Part shown: piece by piece, positions 10,615 to 20,124 of the stretch
Layout of the letters: each line of letters begins with the position of its first letter
How positions within the stretch are numbered: position 1 is the stretch's first letter
IMG/VR virus record: IMGVR_UViG_3300042923_001809
Coordinates: 1 to 58,820 of that record
DNA: 58,820 bases
Direction: 5' to 3' (one strand)
Origin: a virus
Taxonomy: Duplodnaviria; Caudoviricetes
Program-made: the position numbers and the translations under genes
The notes under the pieces: model-generated
Database searches by the model: none
Seen by the model: only the letters and a program-made list of their open reading frames with translations
What the model was told of the DNA's origin: nothing

Positions 10615-10836
10615 TCAAGACATTAATGAGGTATATAAAGGTGAGAAAGACTGCCGGTTCAGGTGGTCAATTTTGTGGAATTCTTCCTGGGTAATTAAAC
10701 CCTCATCCAGCATTTTATGAAGAATTTTTACGGATTGTATATAATCATATTCCCTCTGGAGTTCCTCAGTTATTAGTGGCTTTCGTTCTAAAATTGGCTT
10801 TGTTGTTGGCTTTTCAATAATTTTTATTATTTGCAT
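10615..10836 (-). CDS. SHOCT-like small protein (candidate recombination directionality/accessory factor)
   Basis: KMLDEGLITQEEF motif; typical position ahead of triple recombinases. Confidence 0.8.
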   Translation of the reverse strand: MQIIKIIEKPTTKPILERKPLITEELQREYDYIQSVKILHKMLDEGLITQEEFHKIDHLNRQSFSPLYTSLMS

Positions 10837-10868
10837 ATTAGAACCTCCATTCCTTTTCTTCACTGGAT

Positions 10869-10894
10869 AGCCATGGGAGGAAATGGATGTGAGG
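10869..10894 (-). promoter_or_regulatory. Putative phage-sigma promoter (CCTCACA-N13-ATGGCT)
   Basis: Same motif and spacing at 46155-46180 and 50439-50464. Confidence 0.7.
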
Positions 10895-11075
10895 TTTTTG
10901 CTAAAATAGTAACTAAATAATTAATTGAAGGTCGAATTAAAAATAATATGGTAAAATTATGTAACGTGGTTTATAATATTTTACAAATGAGTTCTTATTA
11001 AAAAACAAAGAATCAAATGAATGTAAAGGCTAGTATGATTTTTTGGCTACATATTATAGAAAGGCGGAGAGACAA

Positions 11076-13832
11076 ATGACAAATATTGCGAAGGATCCAG
11101 TGGTAGTTGTTACAATTTCTAAAATAGATAGGCAGATTTTGAATATTGATAAAGTTATCTGCCGTCACATAGACAACCTCGGTGTTTCGACACGAGGTGT
11201 TATTTCGCAGGACATTCTATCTCAACTGCGTAACTTTGTAGAGCATATAATGTTGAAATTCTATGCCAACGGCCGAGACATCGAAAACAGTTATGAAAAC
11301 ATCTGTAAAGCAATTGTTTTCGTTAAATCACGGGGTGATTTAAAAGTGCTATTACGGTTTCACGATTATTTACAAATTGTGGCTTCGCATTATACGCTTG
11401 ATGAGGAAAATTCTGAACGGTTAATGCTAAAATATTATGAATACCTTTTGAAAATTAAAAACCTATTATACGAGAGGTATTCTATAAAAGTCCTTGGTAA
11501 CCTCGATAAGTTCCCTCTGAGTACTGATTCCAACTTACAGGAGTACTATGAAAAGATTGCCAATAAAATAAAACGGTATAATAAACAGGGTGTTGGAAAA
11601 GCTGAGAAATATTATATTCAAAAGATTAAGCCATTCTTTGTCAATCAACGAATTTATTATGAAGTGACTTTCACACCCGCAAATGATTATGCGAGCAAAT
11701 TTAATCGAGTTATCGCATTCACAAGTTTGGAAATAACAGACAATTATGCTGTTAAATTTGCCTTAACTCGTGATAGCATTGAAATCCTTGGCAAGACTAT
11801 GCCTATTATTGTAATTGTGGATTGGGAAGTGGCAATTCGAGATTGCGAGTTTAAGAATTTCACAAGTATTATAAGAGGTAAAGCCGTTACAACGGGATAC
11901 ACCGAACAACAAGGTATCTCGCAGTTTCTAACTTCAACAGGATTTAATTTAACAGAACTCATTGATTTCTCTGATAGTGAATTTCAAAAGGTTAAGCAAA
12001 AAGTGACAGAACGAGCTAAGGTAATTGTGTTTTTTAATGACCTAGAGCGTTGTCGTGCTTTAATGAGAGTTAATGGTGCTGGTAGTAATCTCCTACGGTA
12101 TTTGCTTTACCATATGAATAATAAAGTTATTAAGAACCAGCAGCAAAATTATGCGAACGATAATTTATCTGGGCTTTATGTAAAAAATGGTTGTATCCCA
12201 TTCGATAGTATGCCCTTTAATTCCTCGCCAATAGAACATAACCCGAGACTTGGCGATTTGTTCGCTTGTATTGATGCCACTGATCGACAACACGAAATTC
12301 TTGCCCGATTGGTTAGGAACAACACCGAAATAAAAGGACAACTTTTTACGCCTATAAAAGATATTGTTGGGTTTGGAGATATAGACCCACTTATAAGGAC
12401 CTATAACAAAGCTCTATGGTATGGACATCGAGAAAACAGTAAATTAGTGATTGAAAACAACCATATCTTCATTAACGGCTATAAAAATGATACCTGTTAC
12501 ATTATTACTGAATTTAATAAATTAGTAAAAAACGGAGTCCAGAACTATTCAAACTCGGTTAAAGCGTGGTTGAGTGAACCTAACAATGGTGTTGATTGTG
12601 AAGAGAAAAAAGTGGCCTTAACCCATATGTTCGAAAACTCTAGAGTTGCTTTAGTATATGGCTCAGCTGGCACAGGAAAGTCTACGCTCATAAATCACAT
12701 TTCACATTTCTTTGCGGATAAGAAAAAATTATTTTTAGCACAAACCAACCCCGCTGTAGAAAATATGAAACGACGAGTGACAGCTTCAAACTGCACTTTT
12801 TCAACGATTACAAAGTTTCTAAAAAGAAAAAATGTCATTACTGAATATGACCTAGTTATCATAGACGAGTGCAGTACTGTGAACAATCGTGATATGAGAG
12901 ATATTCTTATCAAAGCTACATATACATTGTTGGTTTTAGTAGGCGATTCATATCAAATAGCCTCCATCCGGTTTGGCAACTGGTTTAGCGTTGCTCGTGC
13001 ATTTGTTCCCCAAACGTCAGTGTTTGATTTAACTAAGCCTTATCGGAGTAGCAAAGCAGGTTTACTTACATTATGGGACAGAGTACGAAAGATGGATGAT
13101 ACCATTCTTGAACTTATTACAAGACAAGGATATTCCTCCAGATTGGATGATTCCATTTTTTCATCTGCTTCTGCAGATGAAATTATTCTTTGTCTTAACT
13201 ATGATGGGCTATATGGAATTAACAACATTAATCGTTTCTTGCAAGAGAGCAATCCAAATTTAGCCGTCCACTGGGGAATTCAACAGTATAAGGTTAATGA
13301 TCCAATTTTATTTAATGAATCCGACCGTTTCGCACCAGTTATTTACAATAATATGAAAGGACGCATTGTAAGGATAACAATTCTTGATAGTGAAAAACCT
13401 ACTGAGCGCATACAGTTTGATATAGAACTTGATAAGGTAATCAATGGAATAGATGCCCTAGGTCAAGATTTCGAACTACTAGATAGTACTCAGAGAGGAA
13501 ACTCAGTTGTTCGTTTTTGTGTCAACAAACTAAAAAATGCCGATGAAGATGATGATGGTGCTTCAAAGGCAACTGTTCCGTTTCAAGTTGCCTATGCTGT
13601 TTCTATTCATAAAGCGCAAGGTCTAGAATACAACTCTGTCAAAATCGTAATAACAGACGAAATCGACGAGTTAATCACACACAATATCTTTTATACGGCT
13701 ATTACGCGAGCGCGGGAAAAACTAAACATTTATTGGACCCCTGAGGTTGAACAGAAAGTTCTGAGCAGTATTAAGCCACAAAACAATGGAAAAGACGTGG
13801 CTTTACTAAGGAGTTACATCCAAAAGCAATGA
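11076..13832 (+). CDS. SF1B RecD-like helicase with a long N-terminal extension (moron, possibly defence)
   Basis: GSAGTGKS, IIDECS, VGDSYQI, HKAQGLEY, YTAITRAR. Confidence 0.88.
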   Translation: MTNIAKDPVVVVTISKIDRQILNIDKVICRHIDNLGVSTRGVISQDILSQLRNFVEHIMLKFYANGRDIENSYENICKAIVFVKSRGDLKVLLRFHDYLQIVASHYTLDEENSERLMLKYYEYLLKIKNLLYERYSIKVLGNLDKFPLSTDSNLQEYYEKIANKIKRYNKQGVGKAEKYYIQKIKPFFVNQRIYYEVTFTPANDYASKFNRVIAFTSLEITDNYAVKFALTRDSIEILGKTMPIIVIVDWEVAIRDCEFKNFTSIIRGKAVTTGYTEQQGISQFLTSTGFNLTELIDFSDSEFQKVKQKVTERAKVIVFFNDLERCRALMRVNGAGSNLLRYLLYHMNNKVIKNQQQNYANDNLSGLYVKNGCIPFDSMPFNSSPIEHNPRLGDLFACIDATDRQHEILARLVRNNTEIKGQLFTPIKDIVGFGDIDPLIRTYNKALWYGHRENSKLVIENNHIFINGYKNDTCYIITEFNKLVKNGVQNYSNSVKAWLSEPNNGVDCEEKKVALTHMFENSRVALVYGSAGTGKSTLINHISHFFADKKKLFLAQTNPAVENMKRRVTASNCTFSTITKFLKRKNVITEYDLVIIDECSTVNNRDMRDILIKATYTLLVLVGDSYQIASIRFGNWFSVARAFVPQTSVFDLTKPYRSSKAGLLTLWDRVRKMDDTILELITRQGYSSRLDDSIFSSASADEIILCLNYDGLYGINNINRFLQESNPNLAVHWGIQQYKVNDPILFNESDRFAPVIYNNMKGRIVRITILDSEKPTERIQFDIELDKVINGIDALGQDFELLDSTQRGNSVVRFCVNKLKNADEDDDGASKATVPFQVAYAVSIHKAQGLEYNSVKIVITDEIDELITHNIFYTAITRAREKLNIYWTPEVEQKVLSSIKPQNNGKDVALLRSYIQKQ

Positions 13833-13936
13833 GACAGGCAAGTAAAATTATCTGTTTCCCCTAATTATTTAAAATAAATAACCGTAAGAGATATTTGAGA
13901 ATATTCAGAGAAGATAAAAGATATGGAGGTTCTAGG

Positions 13937-14314
13937 ATGAAATATTTTTGTGGTTCTATCAATCCAAAAGGTGAGTGGGATATTTTTAATTTTAATATTG
14001 GAGAAAAAGACAGTTTTTATGCTCACTCTAAAATGGTCCCAGGTGATATTATCGTTCTTGTTGTTGGCAAGCAAGAACCCAACGTATTAAGCGGTGCTTA
14101 TTCGATTCTTAAATGTGTTAGTGACATATATAAGGAAGAAGAAAATGGTAAAATCAGAAATAGAATTAATGCAGTCTGCCTATATCATAGCGGTTCGATT
14201 CCTTTTATTACACGAGAAAAATTAGAGTATTACATTCATTTTCCAATACGAGTTCCAATTCAAGTAAAAAGAAATATAGAAAAATTCTCTATATTATTGG
14301 ATGAATATTTGTAA
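13937..14314 (+). CDS. Small EVE/PUA-like domain protein
   Basis: MKYF..SINP..WD..KMVPGDIIVL..SGAYSI pattern; GGAGG RBS. Confidence 0.6.
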   Translation: MKYFCGSINPKGEWDIFNFNIGEKDSFYAHSKMVPGDIIVLVVGKQEPNVLSGAYSILKCVSDIYKEEENGKIRNRINAVCLYHSGSIPFITREKLEYYIHFPIRVPIQVKRNIEKFSILLDEYL

Positions 14315-14382
14315 TAATATTTGAATTTTCATAATGTTTATTAATTTTAAATATCCAACCTCTTTATTTATGAGGCAAAAAT

Positions 14383-14430
14383 AAAAGGCCCACAGTTATA
14401 TGATATACTTAACAATACTCTGGGCCTTTC
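14383..14430. terminator. Bidirectional terminator between the EVE-like gene and the endolysin
   Basis: aaaggccca...tgggccttt inverted repeat between convergent genes. Confidence 0.55.
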
Positions 14431-14441
14431 ACGTAGTGACT

Positions 14442-15158
14442 TTACTCTTGTTTGATATAACCGTCAAACCCTGCTGACTTCAATTTCTTTACCATCGTTT
14501 CTGCTCTGTTCTTAGAAGAAAATATGCCGACCTGAACACGGTATTTCATATCACTCTCTCCCTCCGCATTCTTCTTCTCCTCTTCGGCTTTCAGTCCTGC
14601 CTTGACTGCCGCCCTAAAGGAATTCATACTCTCTCCAAACTTCGGAAACCAGTGCATCACATCCGCATGGTTACTGGCGATACCAAGTTTATACCCTTCA
14701 CTGTGGCAGATAATATTCTCTTCAGTCAAACCATAAGCCTTGCAAAGATACACGCAAAGCTCCACAGCCTCCTTAAACACCTTACGGAAATATGCTTCAT
14801 TTGTTAAGTTATCCTCGCAGATTTCAAAACTGATATGTGTATCATTCCCGGATCCTTTCTTCCCGCTGCCGCAATGCCAAGAACGGTAGTTCCAAGGCAA
14901 TGTCTGATAGGTGGCAATGGTACCATCAGACAGCTTCCCGATAAAGGCATGGACGCAGACCTGCTTACCACCCGGTTTATACTGATTCCAGTGGTTGCCG
15001 GATAGGTTTACGCCCAGCTTTCCGTCATCTGGACCCACATATCGGTAGAGGAACGGGTTATTCGTCCCGGTTGAGTGAACCATAATACCCCTTGGCTTAA
15101 TCGTTCTGCTTGCTTTGAAGCAGGCATTATTCGTAAGTATTAGCTTATGCAAATTCAT
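14442..15158 (-). CDS. Endolysin, N-acetylmuramoyl-L-alanine amidase (Amidase_2) with SPOR-like C-terminus
   Basis: IMVHST, WHCG, FEICED, ICHSEG..HAD; YRVQVGIF..LKSAGFD. Confidence 0.93.
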   Translation of the reverse strand: MNLHKLILTNNACFKASRTIKPRGIMVHSTGTNNPFLYRYVGPDDGKLGVNLSGNHWNQYKPGGKQVCVHAFIGKLSDGTIATYQTLPWNYRSWHCGSGKKGSGNDTHISFEICEDNLTNEAYFRKVFKEAVELCVYLCKAYGLTEENIICHSEGYKLGIASNHADVMHWFPKFGESMNSFRAAVKAGLKAEEEKKNAEGESDMKYRVQVGIFSSKNRAETMVKKLKSAGFDGYIKQE

Positions 15159-15169
15159 TCCGGATCACC

Positions 15170-16579
15170 TCACTGTTCAAAAGGAGTAGTTGTCGCAAGT
15201 GCGACAGGATACAAATGGTAGGTAAATTTCAGATCACAGTAAGCAGTCGACGATGTGCCATTGCTACCCATACGGATGTACATTCCGTAACCTGTTGGGA
15301 TTCTACTCTGCCGCATTTCAATATGAACATGCTGAGATTCAGTAGTGCTATCTGCCCCGACAGGAGTACTCCGTGAAATTCTGGTGAAAGTTACTTCGTC
15401 GTTAGATATATATAAGTCCAATTCTTTCTCACTCGTATCTGATTGACGGCAAAGAGTCAACAGATGACAGTCATAAGTAGTCTCCGGATAAAGCGTTCCG
15501 CCCTGTCCGCCAATTACCACGCTGCCAATAGGGAGAACCGTGTGCAGAGGTCCACGAACGCTATTGGTGCCGCCCGAGCCAGAAACATTGCCCGACATGA
15601 CATATCTTAAGTAGCTTGCTCTGGTAAATGCATTGATGGTTGCTGTAGCAGTAGCCGTTAATATCAATGCGGTTATTATATTTTCTGCTCTTTCCAATAC
15701 GAACAAACTCTCGCCGGAAGCAACGAAAACATCACCGATGGAAAATATTTGACTCGTCCAGTATGATGTACAGGTTGGATTCGGATTAGTACCAACCCCA
15801 TAGGCAATATTTGATGCATCCTGGCTACCTCTGGTAGCTTCAGCAAGTTTCTTGATACTTCCGCGAAGAGTGCCTTGAATCCGTATCTGCACATTGTTTG
15901 CAGCCGGACTTCCCAAGGATGTAACAAACGTATAAGTCACTGTACCAACTACTACGTTATTACCATTTGCAATGTTCGTGAATGTGATGGATGCTCTTCT
16001 GCTTGCCATATCTGGTGCGGTCGCTGTTTCTATCGGATGCCAATGGTTAAGTAAAATTCCTGTCCGCATAAACAGCATGCTATGCGTATCATTGACCATA
16101 TCATACGTATTGTTAAGTAGATCATAGTTATCATTTAACAGGTTATAGGTAAGAGTAAGCATACTATATACATCATTCACATCAAGCGCGGCTAAGGCTG
16201 AAAGCACCTGGTTCAGCCACTCCTGTGCAGGAGGTTCCGGTGGTGTGACAATACCATCTGCAAGAGCCTCCTCAACAATGGTAAATATCCGAGCACTTTT
16301 CCCGACCACTTCCCCATAAGTAACCCTGATCTCCAACCGACCGACTCCAACGACCGATGTGTCTGTCGCGCTTGGTGACCATGTCAGAACTCCGGTATTG
16401 TAGTTCGTGACTACAGGATAGGCAATGCCATCGGGTCTTTTATATATTGCATTCAGGGCAGCTGATGGGTATTTATCTTCCAGTAAGCTGGATACATCAA
16501 ACTCGATGTTTCGATAATTATTCTCCCCTCGCCGCCCGATGAATACCGTTACTGCTTTTGTTAAGTCAATCATACTCAT
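15170..16579 (-). CDS. Putative structural/fibre protein (BppU-like N-terminus, heptad coil) between holin and endolysin
   Basis: IGRRGENNYRNIEFD..RPDG..YPV..LTW N-terminus; YxxLxxx repeats; T/S/G-rich C-terminus. Confidence 0.65.
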   Translation of the reverse strand: MSMIDLTKAVTVFIGRRGENNYRNIEFDVSSLLEDKYPSAALNAIYKRPDGIAYPVVTNYNTGVLTWSPSATDTSVVGVGRLEIRVTYGEVVGKSARIFTIVEEALADGIVTPPEPPAQEWLNQVLSALAALDVNDVYSMLTLTYNLLNDNYDLLNNTYDMVNDTHSMLFMRTGILLNHWHPIETATAPDMASRRASITFTNIANGNNVVVGTVTYTFVTSLGSPAANNVQIRIQGTLRGSIKKLAEATRGSQDASNIAYGVGTNPNPTCTSYWTSQIFSIGDVFVASGESLFVLERAENIITALILTATATATINAFTRASYLRYVMSGNVSGSGGTNSVRGPLHTVLPIGSVVIGGQGGTLYPETTYDCHLLTLCRQSDTSEKELDLYISNDEVTFTRISRSTPVGADSTTESQHVHIEMRQSRIPTGYGMYIRMGSNGTSSTAYCDLKFTYHLYPVALATTTPFEQ

Positions 16580-17016
16580 CCCTCCGGTGAAGATGGTCCA
16601 TTGTCATCACGTCCATGCAATTGCTTTAGTATATCCTTAAGCTTTTCTGGGATAGGCAGTCCGATATGTGCAGCATTTTCCAGAATTGAAATACCCTCAT
16701 TACTTAAGTAGAAGAAAATCACCGCCGTACGAAGCACACTGCCATTCGGGTTACCCGCTGAACCCAAAATATACGTGTCGAGTATGTGTCCTACTCCTAC
16801 CAGTGCAAATATAAGAATCTTTTTAAAGATGCCTTTGGCTCCGATTTTACTACAAAGATTCTTATCAATAATGGCACAAAGCACACCTGTTATATAATCG
16901 ATCACAACAAAAGCAATAAGCGCAAATAGGAATCCATCTAAGCCGCCAAGAAACCATCCCATGAACGCACCGGTTGCCACAAGAGCTGTCTGTATCCAGT
17001 TCCATATCACTTTCAT
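16576..17016 (-). CDS. Phage holin (toxin secretion/phage lysis holin family)
   Basis: GWFLGG.DG, DYITGV, NEGISILENA..GLPIP. Confidence 0.93.
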   Translation of the reverse strand: MKVIWNWIQTALVATGAFMGWFLGGLDGFLFALIAFVVIDYITGVLCAIIDKNLCSKIGAKGIFKKILIFALVGVGHILDTYILGSAGNPNGSVLRTAVIFFYLSNEGISILENAAHIGLPIPEKLKDILKQLHGRDDNGPSSPEG

Positions 17017-17091
17017 AATCCAAACCTCCAATCTTTTTTGCTAACAGAAAAGCGCCCTGCAATATAAGAGCGCTTGGAATTAAGTATGGCG

Positions 17092-19560
17092 TTACATCGT
17101 AAGAAGCAAGTTTTGTATTTGCTGTACCACATCCGCTTTTGGTCTGCCAGTACCAATAGGTAGCCATGTCACTGGCGGTATGTCAAAGGTTGAAGAAGTA
17201 TCAAAACTGTTTATCATCGTGATAACCGGTTCAAGTGCAGCACGCACCTCCATGACATGATATGGCCAGTCTCTTATGGTAGTCTTTGTTGCGGCGATTT
17301 CATCGTCCCATGATACGGTTGCCATACCATAATATTGGCGGATGGTATTTACCGCTGTACGAAGTGCCAGAATATGCATTGCCTTAACATGGGTTACATT
17401 AGCCGTAATCGTCTCAAAAGGAGAAGTCAGAACGTTAAATGTTCTGATAACCTCCGTACTTGGAGATAACAAATCACTGTCCAAACATCGGAAGGTCACG
17501 GTATGACTCCCTGCAGCCAGGGTTGAAGCCTGATACACTGTTTTAGTACTGTCACCGAGATAACCACTTGTGGAGAACATCTCCGAATCATCCACACTGT
17601 TATGCCATACGCCTGTGTCAATCTTTACTTCTACAATCTGCGTCCGACCATCCGGTTCCATGCCTGTTGTTATCATGAAACGTGGTGTTGTGTTATAAAT
17701 AGATCTACCTGATACCGGACTGCTTATAATTGGTGCAGTAGGCGGGCTGTTCTTTGTGACAGTGTTACTGACCACATAGGAAGATACTGCATCAAGCGTA
17801 TCAGTAACACTTAAGCGATATCTCGTTGATGTACCAGGAGTCTGGGAAGCTTCCGCCGTATAGTTTCCGTAAGTCTCACTTGATACAATGATTGCAAGCG
17901 TTTCGTAGGAAGACCATGTCGGGTTACCCATGCTGGATGTGCTGCGCTGAAGTAGGTACTGCTTGATTGGACTAGTACCCACTACAACACCACTCCAAGA
18001 TATAGTTACCGACTGCGACTCATATAAAGTTGGAGTTGCTGAGAAACTGATAGGCGGTGTCGGCAAGATATTCTTACGAACACTATTGTAGGAGAGCTTC
18101 CAAACGGAATAATAAGTACTTCCAGCAGATCCCAAGGTACGTATCTGATATCTTCGGTAATTTCCTCTCGTAGATGGTGGTGATACGCTTAAACTTCCAT
18201 CTGGTAAGGAAGATGATAAGGAAGTCAGCACTGTCCATGCATCCCAAGTGCTGTTATCAATGGAATCACTGTACTGTATCTCATAACCCGTAATCACATT
18301 TCCTGCTCCGGCAACTGCACCATTCCAGGAAAGAGTTAGATTTCCTTCTGCAATCGTAGCGTTTAGTGCAAATGTTGATGGCTCGGCACAAGCAGTAATG
18401 TTGCAGTAAATGCTGTTACTAATTTTTTCCGCAGAATAAGCATTCAGTGCATCAATCGTCCAGATACCAAACTGTGTATAAGTTCCCGAAATATTTGAAA
18501 CTGTCGGATGATAACTACCACCACTGGTATTCAAAATAAGCGTTGTAAGTTCTGACCAGCTACTCCAAGTACTGTTATCAGTTGAGGTTCGGCTTGAAAT
18601 CCAGTATCCCTTAATTGCACTTGTTCCTGCCACTGCCCCAGACCATGTCAGCGTGATTGTTTCATTACTGTGTATTTCTGGTAAAGCAACCGCTGTACTT
18701 GGAGCTGAAGGAAGGGTATTTTTCCGGACAGAGTTGGTGGAAACCTTCCATGCAGAATAATACGAACTGCCAGCACTACCACGCGTTCGAATGCGAAACC
18801 TACGAAAATTTCCTCTCGTAGTGGGCGGAGCAACCGACAAGCTTCCACTGGTAGTGGATGTAGTCACAGTCGTTAATGCCGTCCAACTTCCCCAAGTGGA
18901 ATTGTCTGTTGAATCACTATACTGAATTTCATAAGAGGTTATCGCATTGTTGGTGCCTGCCGTTGCACCACTCCATGATAAGGTTACATTGCTTTCTGCG
19001 AGGGTACTACTTAACGAGCAAAAAGTTGGTGCACCAGCTGTAGTCGTTCGGCTTGCCCATGCCACGGTTAGAATCACTTCGGTCAGATCATTTCTTCCGG
19101 TAAAAGACATATAATTTGTGGTACTGGAACCGCCATCCATAAAAATACAGTTACTCGCACCACTTCCAATGGAATTAATCAGCGCAGTTGCTATGTTAAA
19201 AGTTTTCTCACCAAGCCCTGCCAAAACCGTATAATTGTAACCAGAAGTCACTTTGCTAGGACGTGATGTAACAACATCTGTAGAGGAACTAACTGGCGGG
19301 ATATCAGTTTGATTTCCAGCATATAACGTCATCGTTCGGTCACTTCCCCAAGAACCTCCCGCTACACGTGTAAGAGTAAGAGTGGCACTGGTTGGATAAT
19401 AGTCTGCATATTGATCTCGAATGGTGGTGAGATTAAAAATCATAACACCTACACATTCTCCATATGGTTCGTAAACACCTTGCCTGATATTATCCGTAGT
19501 CGACGGAATGTATTTTCCATTACGCCAAGTACAGGCATTGATTGCTTGATAAGTTGCCAT
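17092..19560 (-). CDS. Minor tail protein with tandem fibronectin type III-like repeats
   Basis: Repeated TLSWSGA..G..I..Y.I..S...DNSTW..W units. Confidence 0.8.
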   Translation of the reverse strand: MATYQAINACTWRNGKYIPSTTDNIRQGVYEPYGECVGVMIFNLTTIRDQYADYYPTSATLTLTRVAGGSWGSDRTMTLYAGNQTDIPPVSSSTDVVTSRPSKVTSGYNYTVLAGLGEKTFNIATALINSIGSGASNCIFMDGGSSTTNYMSFTGRNDLTEVILTVAWASRTTTAGAPTFCSLSSTLAESNVTLSWSGATAGTNNAITSYEIQYSDSTDNSTWGSWTALTTVTTSTTSGSLSVAPPTTRGNFRRFRIRTRGSAGSSYYSAWKVSTNSVRKNTLPSAPSTAVALPEIHSNETITLTWSGAVAGTSAIKGYWISSRTSTDNSTWSSWSELTTLILNTSGGSYHPTVSNISGTYTQFGIWTIDALNAYSAEKISNSIYCNITACAEPSTFALNATIAEGNLTLSWNGAVAGAGNVITGYEIQYSDSIDNSTWDAWTVLTSLSSSLPDGSLSVSPPSTRGNYRRYQIRTLGSAGSTYYSVWKLSYNSVRKNILPTPPISFSATPTLYESQSVTISWSGVVVGTSPIKQYLLQRSTSSMGNPTWSSYETLAIIVSSETYGNYTAEASQTPGTSTRYRLSVTDTLDAVSSYVVSNTVTKNSPPTAPIISSPVSGRSIYNTTPRFMITTGMEPDGRTQIVEVKIDTGVWHNSVDDSEMFSTSGYLGDSTKTVYQASTLAAGSHTVTFRCLDSDLLSPSTEVIRTFNVLTSPFETITANVTHVKAMHILALRTAVNTIRQYYGMATVSWDDEIAATKTTIRDWPYHVMEVRAALEPVITMINSFDTSSTFDIPPVTWLPIGTGRPKADVVQQIQNLLLTM

Positions 19561-19571
19561 ATCAATTCACC

Positions 19572-20075
19572 TCACTCATATACTGCTGTTACCAGCGAAT
19601 TCACGATTCCACAAAGGGAAGAATTTAGCCTTATGTCGGTGATATTTCCTGTAGTTATTGATGTAGCCGCTTGTGGTACTAGAATTTCTGCAAGACATAA
19701 TTCATATACCTCTGCATTACGTGTCAGTGTTGGAGCAGTAGGCGTTGCTGCCGCTGTTCCTGTCAGTACCACAGCTGTGATACTTCGGTTAAGAAGACTC
19801 CACCGGATTACAATCCGGTCAATTCTTGGATAGGAACCGTTAGCAGTTGTCAGTGTCTTGTTCAGTGCTTCCGTATTCTCATATCGGTAGCCGTTAATCC
19901 ATGCACTTCCTGCCGCAATACTGACGGTCATTCCTGTTGTTGGTGTTACTTGCAAATTTGTATTATTTAAATAAAAGATACCATTAGAAACCAGACTTCC
20001 GAAATATGCTGCAAAGTCGGTAGCATTGTAAATTCTGTCGCCACTGGAAGAATTAAAAAAACCACTCTTTTCCAC
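19572..20075 (-). CDS. Phage tail/baseplate structural protein
   Basis: SGFFNS..GDR.YNA.DFA, G.AWING, RIDRIV. Confidence 0.8.
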   Translation of the reverse strand: MEKSGFFNSSSGDRIYNATDFAAYFGSLVSNGIFYLNNTNLQVTPTTGMTVSIAAGSAWINGYRYENTEALNKTLTTANGSYPRIDRIVIRWSLLNRSITAVVLTGTAAATPTAPTLTRNAEVYELCLAEILVPQAATSITTGNITDIRLNSSLCGIVNSLVTAVYE

Positions 20076-20124
20076 CTCTGATACCCTCCTTTCTCATCAT
20101 TTTGCAGTACTTGTTTCGAATGTA

